Notes: a model not told the origin generated them from the sequence alone. 64,000 bases of DNA from Rhynchopus sp. YZ270_cl-10 (GCA_964035575.1 OZ037847.1:434001-498000), one strand, 5' to 3'. Counted from the stretch's first letter, positions 47,201 to 57,854 are shown. Program-made: numbers and translations.

Positions 47201-47313
47201 TTTTGAACAACTTGTTGCCCAATGCCGAAGACCCTCTGATGCTTGACCTTGCACCTCCCATTTGGGTTGTAAGGCTCCAGACACCTTGCACAGCGTTGTG
47301 AGGCGTCCACCAT
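44203..47313 (-). CDS. Zn-finger / LRR / acidic / TPR / HMG-box-like multidomain protein, paralog 2
   Basis: 1036-aa ORF colinear with paralog 1; flanking intergenic sequence is also duplicated. Confidence 0.9.
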   Translation of the reverse strand: MVDASQRCARCLEPYNPNGRCKVKHQRVFGIGQQVVQNFQGIVGKEAYQECSACGESYTEKISPSDTHDVVYETEGPEYCYEGPHTLEAPEENDLRKVMRRDPCKLIHVAAVKVVTAPMLQGLRQLILNDVPCCLKVAFEFDLPMLEVFEADDVTFTKLFLDKDHTPNLQSLTLRAMLKEENATYSFFPPPPNLKYLNLAHIDSEEVPSIGPMLKACKKLSYVALYKVWVNGKKGITLSSSALDTLIVNRLDAVTQLKVKRARKLRVLKIEGCFFNLKRVEITPTQDGSTFTLETDSDRVARMVKSSCADRLANVKITESPVTSMYSDIKHDFETSDGNEDEDDEDEDESDDITSDEDSEDGPDPGAPTSTLIDTATQQKAKGTQLFQNGDLKGAMEEYKKAAGLLRHCHTLVNGRQPEDDDVDDADEGMQQAQANMLWVGLNNNIALMCLKRDEAEGNALHSVDCIKHSKNVLAYEPANEKALFRLGSALLSQKDFENALLTLQKIANPDAKVNNKIKEVKKIIKNAKSREASMASKMMGGLASTNEDSRVTRFNLDYNEDGEVSKKMTGILKKVRKMLEEYRHRDALAECNTARQDVDGEICHELTFIEGLCYEATGELDQARAQYVECGCESKVTAIDNALLLSAPKALKKLEEGGRVKDGCILVAHIRNIIAHKTKEKKMPPRPKRSKKLGTDEEKSPRRGVDIKFDMMEFEMIQDRASVGCAEAAHNPELRAFLFDVRYYTDLAKHRGKGFDMFKKYPDLCKPKYDEDSDKEDEEDDPCGMRFGQCGVGYIFGWLHFGMLGCLALLEYGTMQERSVKTFLSFCSNPITRETMSDCLGSFFARSILTSGQMPGCSTAKPVGPNGVVKHPDGLRSMLYEARVGENRGLIERALARIDSEATLEAGMTKQDAKAAVVHRLQLLGVPQENVYGHSAPVYPVLFDVLVLRLILKNFPEVLEELKNYSSFAAWMKKTQNTVNAASSEDELGKCLDDWADVSEEDRDEYDEHKKKQLAADLEIKRKADEKKNTSPHDE

Positions 47314-48114
47314 TTTTTTGTCTCAAAAGAAAAGAGCAGCAAAATGAGTTTTGATCTGCAAAGTTGTGTTAAAGGGGGGAGAGGCGGAGGGGAGAAAGCT
47401 TGGAAAAGACAAAAAAGCGAACCTAATCACAATTCCATTCGGTGAACCGCACAACAAAAGCCCCTTGGGAGTGGGGTGAGTCGTGCGGCTGCCTCCCCTG
47501 TACTTCATACGCAACGCCTTTTTCGTCTTTTTCTAATAGGGGTGTACTTTCCCAACACTGGAGGAGGAGGAGGGGCGGAGAAGAGGGAGAGATTTGACAA
47601 AATAGTTGGGTTTCTTTAGTTAGTAAAGCAAAAGATGTGTTGCAATCCAGGCGGGTTAGGGAAGAGAAAGGTGGAAAAAAGCAATGCTAAAAAACATGCA
47701 TGGCTCTGCACACACATCATAAAAGAAAACAACGAAACCTTCAACGTAAGACCTGCGAGCTGGATGTATCTCACTGTGCACACTGCATTGGCCTTGTGGT
47801 TGACATCAAGATGTGCAAAAAGTTGCACTGAACAAATACTGACGTGCATGACGGTTGCAAAGGGTACGAACTAAAGCAGGACCAAAACCGTATACACTGG
47901 TAGATAACATTCACTACAATAGGGAAGTTGCCGGTGTACGCCACTGGGACGCAAAGACCGAAGCATAAACCAATAAGTTTCACAATGTGAAAGGGAAAAA
48001 ATCAATCGTTTCCGCGCAAATCGAACCTTTCAGAAGATTGGTTTCTAACATTAACCCTTTCTGTCTTAAGAATTAGTATTCAAAGGGTCCCCTTTGGTGG
48101 GTGAACGAAAAGGC

Positions 48115-49539
48115 TCACATGTGTTTTACACTGCGCAGGTACGCACGCTCCTTTGTCTTCCTCCTGCTCGCACGCCTTTGCAGATAGACAGCTACATTCG
48201 GTAGTTTCCTTGTCTTCCGCGTGCGTACAGATGAGATGTATTCCCTCACGGGAGCATCGCCAATACTTGGTGGAAAGATTTCGTAGTCGCCGTCCGGATA
48301 CGACCACGAATCATAGTACGCAATACGACATGGAACAACCTCCGGGTACGCAACAAGACCGCACCTCCACAGCGCAGCGTAGCGGTGGTGTGGGCGCTTT
48401 CGAAGCACCCATTCAACAACCAGCTGGGTGCATTTCAATGCCTCGTGCACTGAGTGAACAGGAGCACGCCCGCAAAGACAGGGGTTCTGAAGGTTGGCCA
48501 CAGCACTGCTAACAACACTGAGACGTCCGTCGTCCTGCTCCAGTGCACGCACAAGGTGTTCCTCCTCGTCACCAACACACCCACACCACTTCCATGCGTA
48601 AGAGTGGAAAGCACGCAGACGTTGCAGGAACGCTTTCGACTGAAGCGCGAGGTGGAATACGTTCCCCTCATCACAACACGGCGCAGCCAGGTCGTAGCAA
48701 GTTAGCAGACCCTCCTCCAGCAAGCACTCCATCACTTCGATGCGCCCCATGCGTGCAGCCCCCTCAAGCAGGCTGCTTGGAGTGTCGAACGGTGGGCAGA
48801 GAAACGATGGATTGGGCGTGATGTTGTGTTCGAGGCACACTAGCACAGCTTGTGCATGGACCAAGGTGCTGGCGTGGGCGCGGGGACGCACAGCAATATC
48901 GTCACAAGAATTGCCAGTAAAGTGAACGTCTACCGCACACTCCACACCCTGGCTCATACACAGCACTGCTCTGTACTCGTCCCAGTCAAAGGAGAGCCCA
49001 TTGTGCCCGTTCACAGAAAGTGCAGCAATTATTTCGAGGTCATCAATAAACCCGTGCTTTCCGGCCTCCTGGATAAATTCAATTACTTCAGACAGGTGAA
49101 ACTCATAGCGCTGTAGGATTTCCAAAACAAAGGTTTCATGGCGGGCAATAAGCTGTTTGATGACGTCCACGACGGGGCAGCTCACGCATGTCAAGATCGT
49201 CATCAATGCCCTGTTGTCCGCCGAGAGGGCAGAGCTCCAAAAAAATTCGGTGCAAGCCAGCTCGCGGCCTCCACTCATCTCGGATAGGACTTCTTGTGCC
49301 ACATCTGAAGGGGGTGCTCGGTAGAAAACATCGACTGCGTCGCCATCTGACAGCCCAGTGTCACACAATGCTTCGTCGTCTTCAAGTTCGCGGCCGCAGA
49401 ACAGCAGACCCACCAAGGCGGGCGACATCATGTTCACAGCAGCCAACGCAGCGTTCCGTAGGATGTGCACAGTGGCCGCACTGTCCACCTCGGCGGTGTG
49501 TACCTGCCCATCGGGAAGTGCTATCACGATGTCAATCAT
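48115..49539 (-). CDS. Ubiquitin-like N-terminal domain protein with ankyrin-like region
   Basis: MIDIVIALPDGQVHTAEV...LLFCGRELEDDEALCDTGLSDGDAVDV (Ubl fold) and LLEGAARMGRIEVMECLLEEG (ankyrin-like). Confidence 0.85.
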   Translation of the reverse strand: MIDIVIALPDGQVHTAEVDSAATVHILRNAALAAVNMMSPALVGLLFCGRELEDDEALCDTGLSDGDAVDVFYRAPPSDVAQEVLSEMSGGRELACTEFFWSSALSADNRALMTILTCVSCPVVDVIKQLIARHETFVLEILQRYEFHLSEVIEFIQEAGKHGFIDDLEIIAALSVNGHNGLSFDWDEYRAVLCMSQGVECAVDVHFTGNSCDDIAVRPRAHASTLVHAQAVLVCLEHNITPNPSFLCPPFDTPSSLLEGAARMGRIEVMECLLEEGLLTCYDLAAPCCDEGNVFHLALQSKAFLQRLRAFHSYAWKWCGCVGDEEEHLVRALEQDDGRLSVVSSAVANLQNPCLCGRAPVHSVHEALKCTQLVVEWVLRKRPHHRYAALWRCGLVAYPEVVPCRIAYYDSWSYPDGDYEIFPPSIGDAPVREYISSVRTRKTRKLPNVAVYLQRRASRRKTKERAYLRSVKHM

Positions 49540-50066
49540 AGTAAAATGGTAAAATCACTGACGGGTGTGGTGTGGATGTGATGTGGTTTAGTGGACAGAG
49601 GAAGGGCGCAAGGGGTAAGTTGTTGAAGGAAATGGGGGAGGGAGGGGTCTTGCGCCATTTAAACAAAACTATGGCGGATGTGCCTGTGCATATTTAACAA
49701 AGAACTCCAAATAAAAGACTCGTTGTCGCGCTCCCTCGAAAGAGGAAAAAGAAGAGCAACAAAACTAAAAAAGAAAACAAAAACGAGAAACTGGTGCTTC
49801 CCATTGGAGGAAAGCCCTACGCACAGAGAAGAAAAATGAAACCACAGATCGGGCACCCGCCTCTCACCCGAAGGCGAGGGGTAACAAATTATAACTCCAC
49901 TTTTTTTTCAACGGCTTTTTTGGTGCAACTTCACTTATGTTTTCTTGGTGTAAATGGCAAGCGAATCAAGACTAACTCAAAGTACTCAATTAAAAAAAAA
50001 ACGGAACGGTGTTTCAACCATGCACATCTTGTAGCTATCGGCACAATCATTTTTTTTTTTTTTTGT

Positions 50067-52092
50067 CTAGGGCTTCCTTCCTGCTGCGAGTGGCTGTCCC
50101 GTGGCGCGTTTGGTAGCAGCCGTCTTGGCGGAGGGTGCCTTCTTTGCTGACGACGTAGCCTTCTTAGTTCCTGCGGTGGCGCCCTTTTGCGGTGTCGAGA
50201 GAGGCTTGGTCTGGGGAGACTTCACCTTCTTCGGCAGCGGCTGTTCTTCTTCCTCCCCTGTAGCTGCGTCAATACAAGAACCCGGCTTTGGGGGGATCGG
50301 GCGCGGCCCGGATGGGGGACGGTACGACTTAAAGGCCTCCCTCGCGTGCACAATATCACTCACATGCGCGGAGTCAGATGGGTTGAAGTTCGTCCCTTCT
50401 GGGTCTTGGTACCTGAAAAAAAAAAATGGGTAATCAAAACTCAAAAAATGGAGGAAAAAAGCGTCTCGGACGGAAAGAAAAGGTTAAGACGAATCTTAGC
50501 TTCGGTATGTTGGAGTTATTGCAAAGAAGAATCTAAGCGATTCTTACGCGCCGCATTACCGACATTGCAACGACCCGCTTCTTTAATCAAGCCAGGAAGT
50601 CAGACATTCTGAAGCGTATTGATGAGAGGTGGATCTATACGAAACGCGACATCCACATCGTGGGGTACATGCTCACCCCAAAATACCGCGTTGAGGCGAG
50701 TGACTTTGAGGGAGCAGCGACTGTTTTTCGGCGTGTCCTGAAAAAAAGGTTCACCCAGGAGTCAGATCAACTTGAATGTTTGAGCGAGTATCAGGATTGG
50801 GTGGAGGCCTCTTTCGAGGGACTGTCACTCGCCGGCGCCCACAGCTCGGATCCAGAATGGACCCCAAAAAAATGGTGGAAATCGTTTGGGGAAAGTTGGC
50901 CTATGGGTACGTAGGGTTAAAAAAAAAACAAATGTCTGTGGTTGGGTTGTGCGCTTTGGTGTATACCGTTGTGAGGGCTCTGGTTGGTGCGGCTGCTCGC
51001 GGATCATGCGGTCCGCTTGGTCCTCCATGTCTTCGTCTGAGTCGAACAGAGTCGTGGGCTGGCCAGGCTTCTTCTTCTTCTTGGCGATGCGAGTGCCGCT
51101 GTGTGTGGATTTGGTGCATATATTTTAGAAATCTTGTGGAGTGTAGCTGATATTCAGACAGTCTTCACTGTCCAGAAAACTCAATAAAAAGTCTCTGATC
51201 TGACAGTTTGCAACTATCAGCATTGTCTTCAGAAGAATGTGGTGTGATGGGGTAAACCATACTGTGGGTAGTGCCGTGCCTTGCGGCCTGCCTGCTCCTC
51301 GCTGATGCCTAACTCGCCCAGCTCTTGTTGGAACTGTGCTTCTCTCCAGTTCTTCTTTTTCTCCTTTTTGGCGGGAGCAGGGGCTGTCAGGGTTTTGTGG
51401 AGCTCCATGAGCTCGGCAGTGCCACTCGCTTTGAGGAGTTTGACGATGTTTTTGTTGCGGCGTTCGCTGGCTATGTAGAGGCAGTCTTTGCCTTCAGAGG
51501 CGAGGTTTTTGTTTGCTTTGTTCATGAGGAGGTCGTAGGCGAGCTGCTCGCGGTCGAACTTGCATGCGATGTAGAGTGGCGTCTCGTTGTCGTCGTTCCT
51601 GCAGTTCACACTCGCGTTGTTTGCAAGCAGCAGCTGCACCATCTCCTGCAGGTTGTTCTTCACAGCCGCATGCAAAGGGTAGTCGCCGTACACGCCGCCC
51701 TTCTCGTCCACCTTCGCCCCCGCCGCAATCAACGTCCGCACCACCTCAATGTGGTTGTTGAACGCTGCGATGAACAGCGCAGTCTCGTTGTCTGCGTTCT
51801 TCATCGCCACCGTCGCGTTGCGTGTCAGCAAATACTCAATGAGGCGAGGACAGTCGTTCTTCAACGCTGCGTTGTACAGAGGCGGGCTACCGTATTGGTC
51901 AAGCAGGTCGAAGTTCTGTGGTGTCGTGGTGTGGTGGTGGTGTGATGAAGAAAAAGAAAAGACAGTGGGTTGCAATACCTTAACGTGGCATTCCTTCACC
52001 ACTGCATCCACAAAGGAGCTGTGCCCGAGCTGGCACGCATAGTTGAGCCTGCCTGCTACGTCCGTCGGGTCGTTGGGCTCGCATAGGCTCAT
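50067..52092 (-). CDS. Ankyrin-repeat protein, four exons (52092-51979, 51915-51263, 51098-50967, 50412-50067)
   Basis: Ankyrin repeats GSPPLYNAA, NETALFIAA, GDYPLHAAV, NETPLYIAC. All three GT-AG introns join in phase. Confidence 0.82.
50600..50905 (+). pseudogene. hAT transposase fragment inside intron 3 of the ankyrin gene (antisense)
   Basis: RIDERW...IHIVGYMLTPKY...PKKWWKSFGESWP is typical of the region leading into the hAT dimerisation domain. Confidence 0.75.
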
Positions 52093-53558
52093 TTCTTGAA
52101 AGCAAAGTGTATGCTTTTAAAGGGGGGGAACGGGTTTTAGTGTATGGGATCTGCCTGTTTGTTGGGTGGAAGAAAACACGGTCAGGAGACGGAGGTGAGT
52201 ACCGTAGTGTGCCACGAACGGGCGGTATAGGCGGCACACTGTAACCTGAAATGTGGCAGAGCAACCTCTGGCCTGGTTGTTGGTCACTGTGTCATGCTCT
52301 GAGTGTAAGCACCACCCGTCATAGCATGTTGCTTGTTGAAGTGCTTTCAATTTAGTACGGTATTTGAGGGAATGCGAAAAGTGAAAAATAGGTGGGGTTT
52401 GCTGTAACATAAAAACCGTAGTTATCGCAAATAGGTTAGTGGTTGATATTTTGCAATAAAAATCATGTTCCTTGAATGACGAAAAGGAAAGTGGGGACTA
52501 CAGACGCAACCCACACCATTCCAGCAATATTATCAAACAGAAGAGTACATATGCAACAGTGGAGCATAGCTTTTGGGTGGTATCAATACAGACAAATCTT
52601 CAAAAAAAAAAAACCAAAAAAGTTGAAAGTGCAAACGTCGGAACATCTGAAAAGGGCTATCTGATAGGGGGAGACGTGAGACGCTGTGACAGTATAACAA
52701 AAATTCGTCTCCCCCTTTTCAAATGACCCAACAAACGCCTCAAAAAATAACGGACCCGCACCCACACGTTAAATAACAACGCACCGCTCTCTTCGCAAGA
52801 GAGACTCCCCACAATCCAAGGCTTCTATGGTATGAGTTGGAAAGTGGAGAGTGCACGCTGTGGCAACAAAAGGCAACTACTGTTCGAACATTTTGTAAAA
52901 CGGAAAATTACTTCAACATGTGCATTCAATAGATTGAAAGCAACAAAAAAATGGAAAATGAAATTAAGTGAGGTTGATAATGCAACACGCCTCTGGGACG
53001 CGTGAAATAAAAGAGAACACAGGACATCTTATGCCCATCGCTTGGAAGCACCACACGCAATCAGAAGTGAGGAAAGGTTAAGAAAAAGAGTGGTGGGACA
53101 AAGGGATGAAAAAATGTCTACTTGGACGGACACACATGGACATAGGGTCGTAAAAAATGAAACAAAACTTTCAAACGAGCATAGGTAAACTGCGGCGCGA
53201 GCGCAATCTCGCACAACGGCATACAGTGGTTAGGAGCGAAACCTCACCAAAATGTCTGTCTAGCTGCGAAACCCGAACCCCGAACCCCAAACGCACTACC
53301 CATTAACTGTAGTAGCCACATCAACGAGAATGACCCAGGGAAATCGGTGACCGCACAGACCTACACCATTCCAACAATATATCAAACACACAACACTAAA
53401 AAACGAAAACTCAAAACAAAAGGTACACATGCCTGTCAACCCTTTGGACATCACACATCAAACGTTACGGAGGTTTACAGAAAAATGGTGACAAAGGAAG
53501 ATGCGACAACGTGCAGTGGCTCTCTGAGAAGAGAACATATTCTCTCTTGATACGTCGA

Positions 53559-54998
53559 CTAGCCAGAAGACTCTTCGGGTGTACGTTCACACACCTGGTC
53601 TGGGCCGTTCCCTTCGGCTTGCATCATGCGGAGCACCCATGCGTCTTCTTGAATGTCTTGCGATGCAAACTGCAGTGCTGTGGGTGCGTTCTTGACAGCG
53701 ACACAAACGATGTGGCTGTTCGCCTTCATCCTTTCGCTTGCATGCTGTAGGTAGAGCCCGTTCGTGGTGACAAGCCACTCCACAAACCCGAGGTCGTTCA
53801 GGAGCACGCTGGGAATGTACTGCACAACGTCGCCGCACAGCTCTGCAGCCTTCTTCGCAAACTCTTCTGAATGCTTGCCGTTGCGTACCTTGGGTGACAG
53901 TCCCCTGTAGGCCGCAGGTGTCGTTTGCAGTGCACACAGAACAACGTCTCTTCTGCCTGCCAGGGCCGTCGCAACGTGATGGTATGCCATTCCGTTCTGC
54001 CCGACAGCTGCCAACACAGTTTGTAAGTCTTTCTGCGAATCGGCACAGTACTGCAAGGCTAGCCCGTTCTGGCGTACAGCTGTCATCGTCACCTCGGGGT
54101 CTGCCACCCATTTCTTCGGACCAACCTGCACCTTTATCTTTGACGCAGCAAGGGAGAGACCATCCTTGCGCACCATTTCCATGATAAACTCTTTGTCTTC
54201 CTGCAATGCCCCGCTGACGTGCTTTACAACAGCCGACACATCGTTTGTTAGGGAGAGAAGGCGGCGCACGAAGCCGTGGTCGCTGCGGACACTATGCGAA
54301 AGGTACTTGAAGGCGTGGGGGTCGCGGTCGATGACTGCATCGACGATATCCTTGTCGGCACGGAGGCGCTGGCTTGCGTGCTTGACGGCAGAAGGGTCCA
54401 CGGAGATGGCCCAGAGAACGACGTCTTTATTATCTTTCAAATGCTGTGCCAGGTGTTGCAGGCATAGCGGCGCCACCGCCACTACGGGGGCCACCTCCTC
54501 TGGTGTGGTCAGGTTCAGTTTCGTCACGAGGTAGGGGCGCTCCTTGATGCACTTCGCATACACATCCAGGTCGTGCTTGAGTTCTGTTGGAAGGTATTGG
54601 AAGAGAGCGGTGCTGTTGCGCATGATGCTGAGCACGAGAGGTTTGTCGTGGCGGAGACCCTCCGAGGCGAGGGAGAAGGAGGCTGGGGTCTTGCGGGCAG
54701 CAGCGAAGACACAGTCTCGGTCGTCACGGACCCATTCAGGCATCTCAGAAAAGCGTTTACCGCTTGCAATGTCGCGCCTCACGCTGTCGGTGATATTGAC
54801 GACTACACGAGAACCCTGCTCCAGGAAAGTTAGCGGTTCTGTGCTGGCCAACACCTCGCCGTTGTGGTACAACGCAGCAGGTCGTTGCAGATGAAAGAGC
54901 TCCTCTGCACGCCGTGAAAGGGTGTCCACGGTTTCATTTTCATCCACCATATACACCTCCTCACAACCAGTATCCTCCACGTACAATGAGATCTCCAT
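53559..54998 (-). CDS. Ubiquitin-like N-terminus plus DUF4116 repeat protein
   Basis: Ubl-like start (LYHNGEVL...LEQGSRVVV) followed by repeats AVRQNGLALQY, AVKNAPTALQFAS and ASQRLRADKDIV. Confidence 0.9.
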   Translation of the reverse strand: MEISLYVEDTGCEEVYMVDENETVDTLSRRAEELFHLQRPAALYHNGEVLASTEPLTFLEQGSRVVVNITDSVRRDIASGKRFSEMPEWVRDDRDCVFAAARKTPASFSLASEGLRHDKPLVLSIMRNSTALFQYLPTELKHDLDVYAKCIKERPYLVTKLNLTTPEEVAPVVAVAPLCLQHLAQHLKDNKDVVLWAISVDPSAVKHASQRLRADKDIVDAVIDRDPHAFKYLSHSVRSDHGFVRRLLSLTNDVSAVVKHVSGALQEDKEFIMEMVRKDGLSLAASKIKVQVGPKKWVADPEVTMTAVRQNGLALQYCADSQKDLQTVLAAVGQNGMAYHHVATALAGRRDVVLCALQTTPAAYRGLSPKVRNGKHSEEFAKKAAELCGDVVQYIPSVLLNDLGFVEWLVTTNGLYLQHASERMKANSHIVCVAVKNAPTALQFASQDIQEDAWVLRMMQAEGNGPDQVCERTPEESSG

Positions 54999-55720
54999 TT
55001 CTTTAATGGTATCTGTTAGAGGGTGGGTTGATGGGATAGGTTGGGAAGAAAGAAAAGTAAAAAAGATGACCCTAAGCCTCTCGGTGTTTAGTCACCGTGG
55101 TCACATTCGTTATCGCGGAGCAGCTGCTGCGCAAGAAAGTATGGGGGGTGGGGGGTGGAGGTCAGTCGTTGTTCAACGTAATCCAAAAACAAAAATGTGA
55201 ATAGTAGCTTTGGAGGGCAAAAAAATGCTCCCTGTGTGATGTATCGAAACACCCATTGAAGTGACTAAAAAAAATGAGGCTGAGAAGAAAAAAAAAAGAC
55301 CCCCTCGCGCTGATACTTCTTTGCTGGAAAGCAAAGGGGATATCGGCGCTTGCAGAGGAAAACCTGAGATGAATTATCTCGCACACCCATCTGGAAAAAA
55401 AAGGGGGAGAAAAAAAAGGAGAAAAGTTGGCAAGATAATCTGAAGATCTCAAAGCCAGCTAGTTACCTTTTCAAACAAATGTGAAAAACACCCCCTCCCC
55501 CTGTGAGTAAGAAAAGGCACGGCTGTGTGTGAAAAACGGCACCGTTTTCGCACAACCTCTGGGATTGCAGACACAATTCACCCCTAACAAAAACCTCATC
55601 TGGAGACCATTCACATACACCCCACACCCCTGGGAGTGACCCCAAATCCCTTTCTTTTGACCCCCCTCCCCTCGAACGATCCCTGCAGTTTTTGCAGATG
55701 TTTCTTCACAAAAAAAAAAC

Positions 55721-57097
55721 TTAGGGTTTCCCCTTTCTCTTCCTTCCCCCTCCTCCCCCTCCTCCTCTCCCCGCACCCCCTCTACGCTTTTTAACAAACA
55801 TCATTCGAGCTGTCTTTTGTATCATAACTGCTGCCTCTGTTGCGAGGGTGTGTTGTATCAATGCCGCACGTGCAGCCGCGCCTCTGCGACGCCAGATGAT
55901 GGCGAGACAGCGGCGGAACTGGCGTTGGAGAAGCTCTGTGGCTTCGAGGAGCACTGTGGCACGATAGGCCTTGGTACGGAGGGAGACACGCTTTGCGTGC
56001 TCAGTGTGTGCACGTGTCCAGCGTTGTATTGTGCATGCCGCTGCATGCTTGAGACCATGATGATAGCTTGCGTCACTCAACCTCCGTGCACGTCTCCGCA
56101 CCTCCAGCTCTGTCCTTGCATCGGCACCCCTCCACTGCCTCTGTATCACCTCCGCTGCCCCAACAGCAGCAGCCCTCTTCCTTCTATACCCCACCCCAAC
56201 ATGCCCACACTCCCCCCCTCCACACGCCTCGCAAGACAGTAGACTATACTTCACTGCAAACCCCGCCTCGCTTGGGTCGCCTTCCCTCCTCTCCTGCACC
56301 TCCCTCCGAGAGGCGCGACCACGTACAATTCGTTGCAGCTGCGTCGCAGCGTGCTCTTGTTGAAGGAGATGCCGTGCTGCTTCTCGGTTAGCTTGCTTCC
56401 CGCGACGTAGCTTTTCTGCAGCAAATATTGCGAATGCCGATTCGATCGTCCGAACTGCCTGAAGGAGGGTCTCTCGCAGTTCCGGTTGGAGAAGCACAAA
56501 GGGAACCCCAGCAAGGCTTTGCTGTTCTAGAGAATCTTCGTTGCGGAGAAGCGCTGTGGTTTGTGTCAGATCTGCGAGACGTGCCTGGTTTGTTATACAC
56601 ACTGCGCGCCATCTACGATATGCACACTGCACCGTCGTCGCGGCTTCATGATGTCTATGTGTCTCTGCCTTCCACCCACCACTCAGCCACCTCCGCAATT
56701 CCACCGAAGAAGCGGTAGGGGGGAATGGCTGAAGAACATATCGTTTAGGCAAGGCAGGCGGTGTAGGCGACAACGGCACACGCCGTGCATCAAACTGCAT
56801 CTGTTTTTTTCTTTGAAATGCTTCAACAAGCTTTGCCTTTGGAAGGGCGGGGCGAACGACAGGAGGGGTAAACTCATGGCAAACAGCGTCATGGTCGAAG
56901 ATTAGTCGTGTATTGTACACTTCATCTCGTCGTGCATGAGGGGCACGACGGGATGGTCTTGCAGCCCCTTTCCCAGGTGCGGTTAACACCTCGGGGAGTT
57001 TGAGGATCTCTTTCGCAATGGGGTGAGGAGTGGCTTCGCGGTGTGCATGCTGCATAGCTGCTTCATCTATAAGCCGTTGGTGTCGTTGAGTAAACAT
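55721..57097 (-). CDS. IQ-motif (calmodulin-binding) protein; 3' end uncertain
   Basis: Repeated IQ motifs AATTVQCAYRR, AATQLQRIVRG, AAEVIQRQWRG, AACTIQRWTR and AAVMIQKTAR. Confidence 0.82.
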   Translation of the reverse strand: MFTQRHQRLIDEAAMQHAHREATPHPIAKEILKLPEVLTAPGKGAARPSRRAPHARRDEVYNTRLIFDHDAVCHEFTPPVVRPALPKAKLVEAFQRKKQMQFDARRVPLSPTPPALPKRYVLQPFPPTASSVELRRWLSGGWKAETHRHHEAATTVQCAYRRWRAVCITNQARLADLTQTTALLRNEDSLEQQSLAGVPFVLLQPELRETLLQAVRTIESAFAIFAAEKLRRGKQANREAARHLLQQEHAATQLQRIVRGRASRREVQERREGDPSEAGFAVKYSLLSCEACGGGECGHVGVGYRRKRAAAVGAAEVIQRQWRGADARTELEVRRRARRLSDASYHHGLKHAAACTIQRWTRAHTEHAKRVSLRTKAYRATVLLEATELLQRQFRRCLAIIWRRRGAAARAALIQHTLATEAAVMIQKTARMMFVKKRRGGAGRGGGGGGGRKRKGKP

Positions 57098-57854
57098 CTC
57101 TTCCTTTTTTTGTGGTAAAAATGAAAAGAAAAGTGTATGAAATGAACCTAAGCGGAGGAGAATGGTGTGTCGTTAATAGAAAAAAGTAGTAAAAACGAAA
57201 AATGTTGGTTCTCTCTGTTGTGCTCTGTGAGACACGTAACAGGCTGTGAAAGCTTGTGAGAGTCTGCGAGAGCCTACTGAGAGTTAGTGAAAAAATCTCT
57301 CCCGTTCATAGATCCCATCTGTGCGTTGGCTATTGTTTTTTTTTCGCCGAAAAAAGCAGTTTTAGGTTGGAGAGTGTGTCGGGGTGGGGGAGGAAAATAG
57401 GAAAATTAATGGGAAGGTGAGGAGAACCCTTTTTTTTTAAACTTCATCTGCGTTGTTCCTCCACAAAAAAAAAAGTGAAGTTGATAGTGCAAAAAACGCC
57501 ACAAAAACCTACATAAAATCCCGGAAATATAAAAAAAAGCGCTTCAAAAAACCTTTGATCCAAACCTCAAAATGATTGACGAAAAAAAATGGGGTGAAAA
57601 AAAATAATAATTGAAAATTGAAGGTGCAAACCACCTCGTGTGCCAGACTGCACCAGGTTTTTTTTTTTCTTTGTTGATACATTTTTTTGTGTAGTCGGCG
57701 CCATTAATGAATAGCGCCTTTTTTATTTTATTTTTTTCTCTTCCTCTCATATCCCCTTGGGGTAATCGTTCTCTTCTCTTCGGCTCAAAAAAAAGCCACA
57801 ATTTCTAAAACGTACCCCTTTTTGTGCCATCCCCTGATGGCAAGACCCTTCCCA

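Larger units (their letters stand above)
40150..47690. repeat. Tandem duplication with a unit of about 3.7 kb
   Basis: The intergenic block TGGGTTTCTTTAGTT...AAGCAAAAGATGTGTT recurs near 40190, 43930 and 47605. Upstream regions 43629-43890 and 47314-47570 match. Confidence 0.9.
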
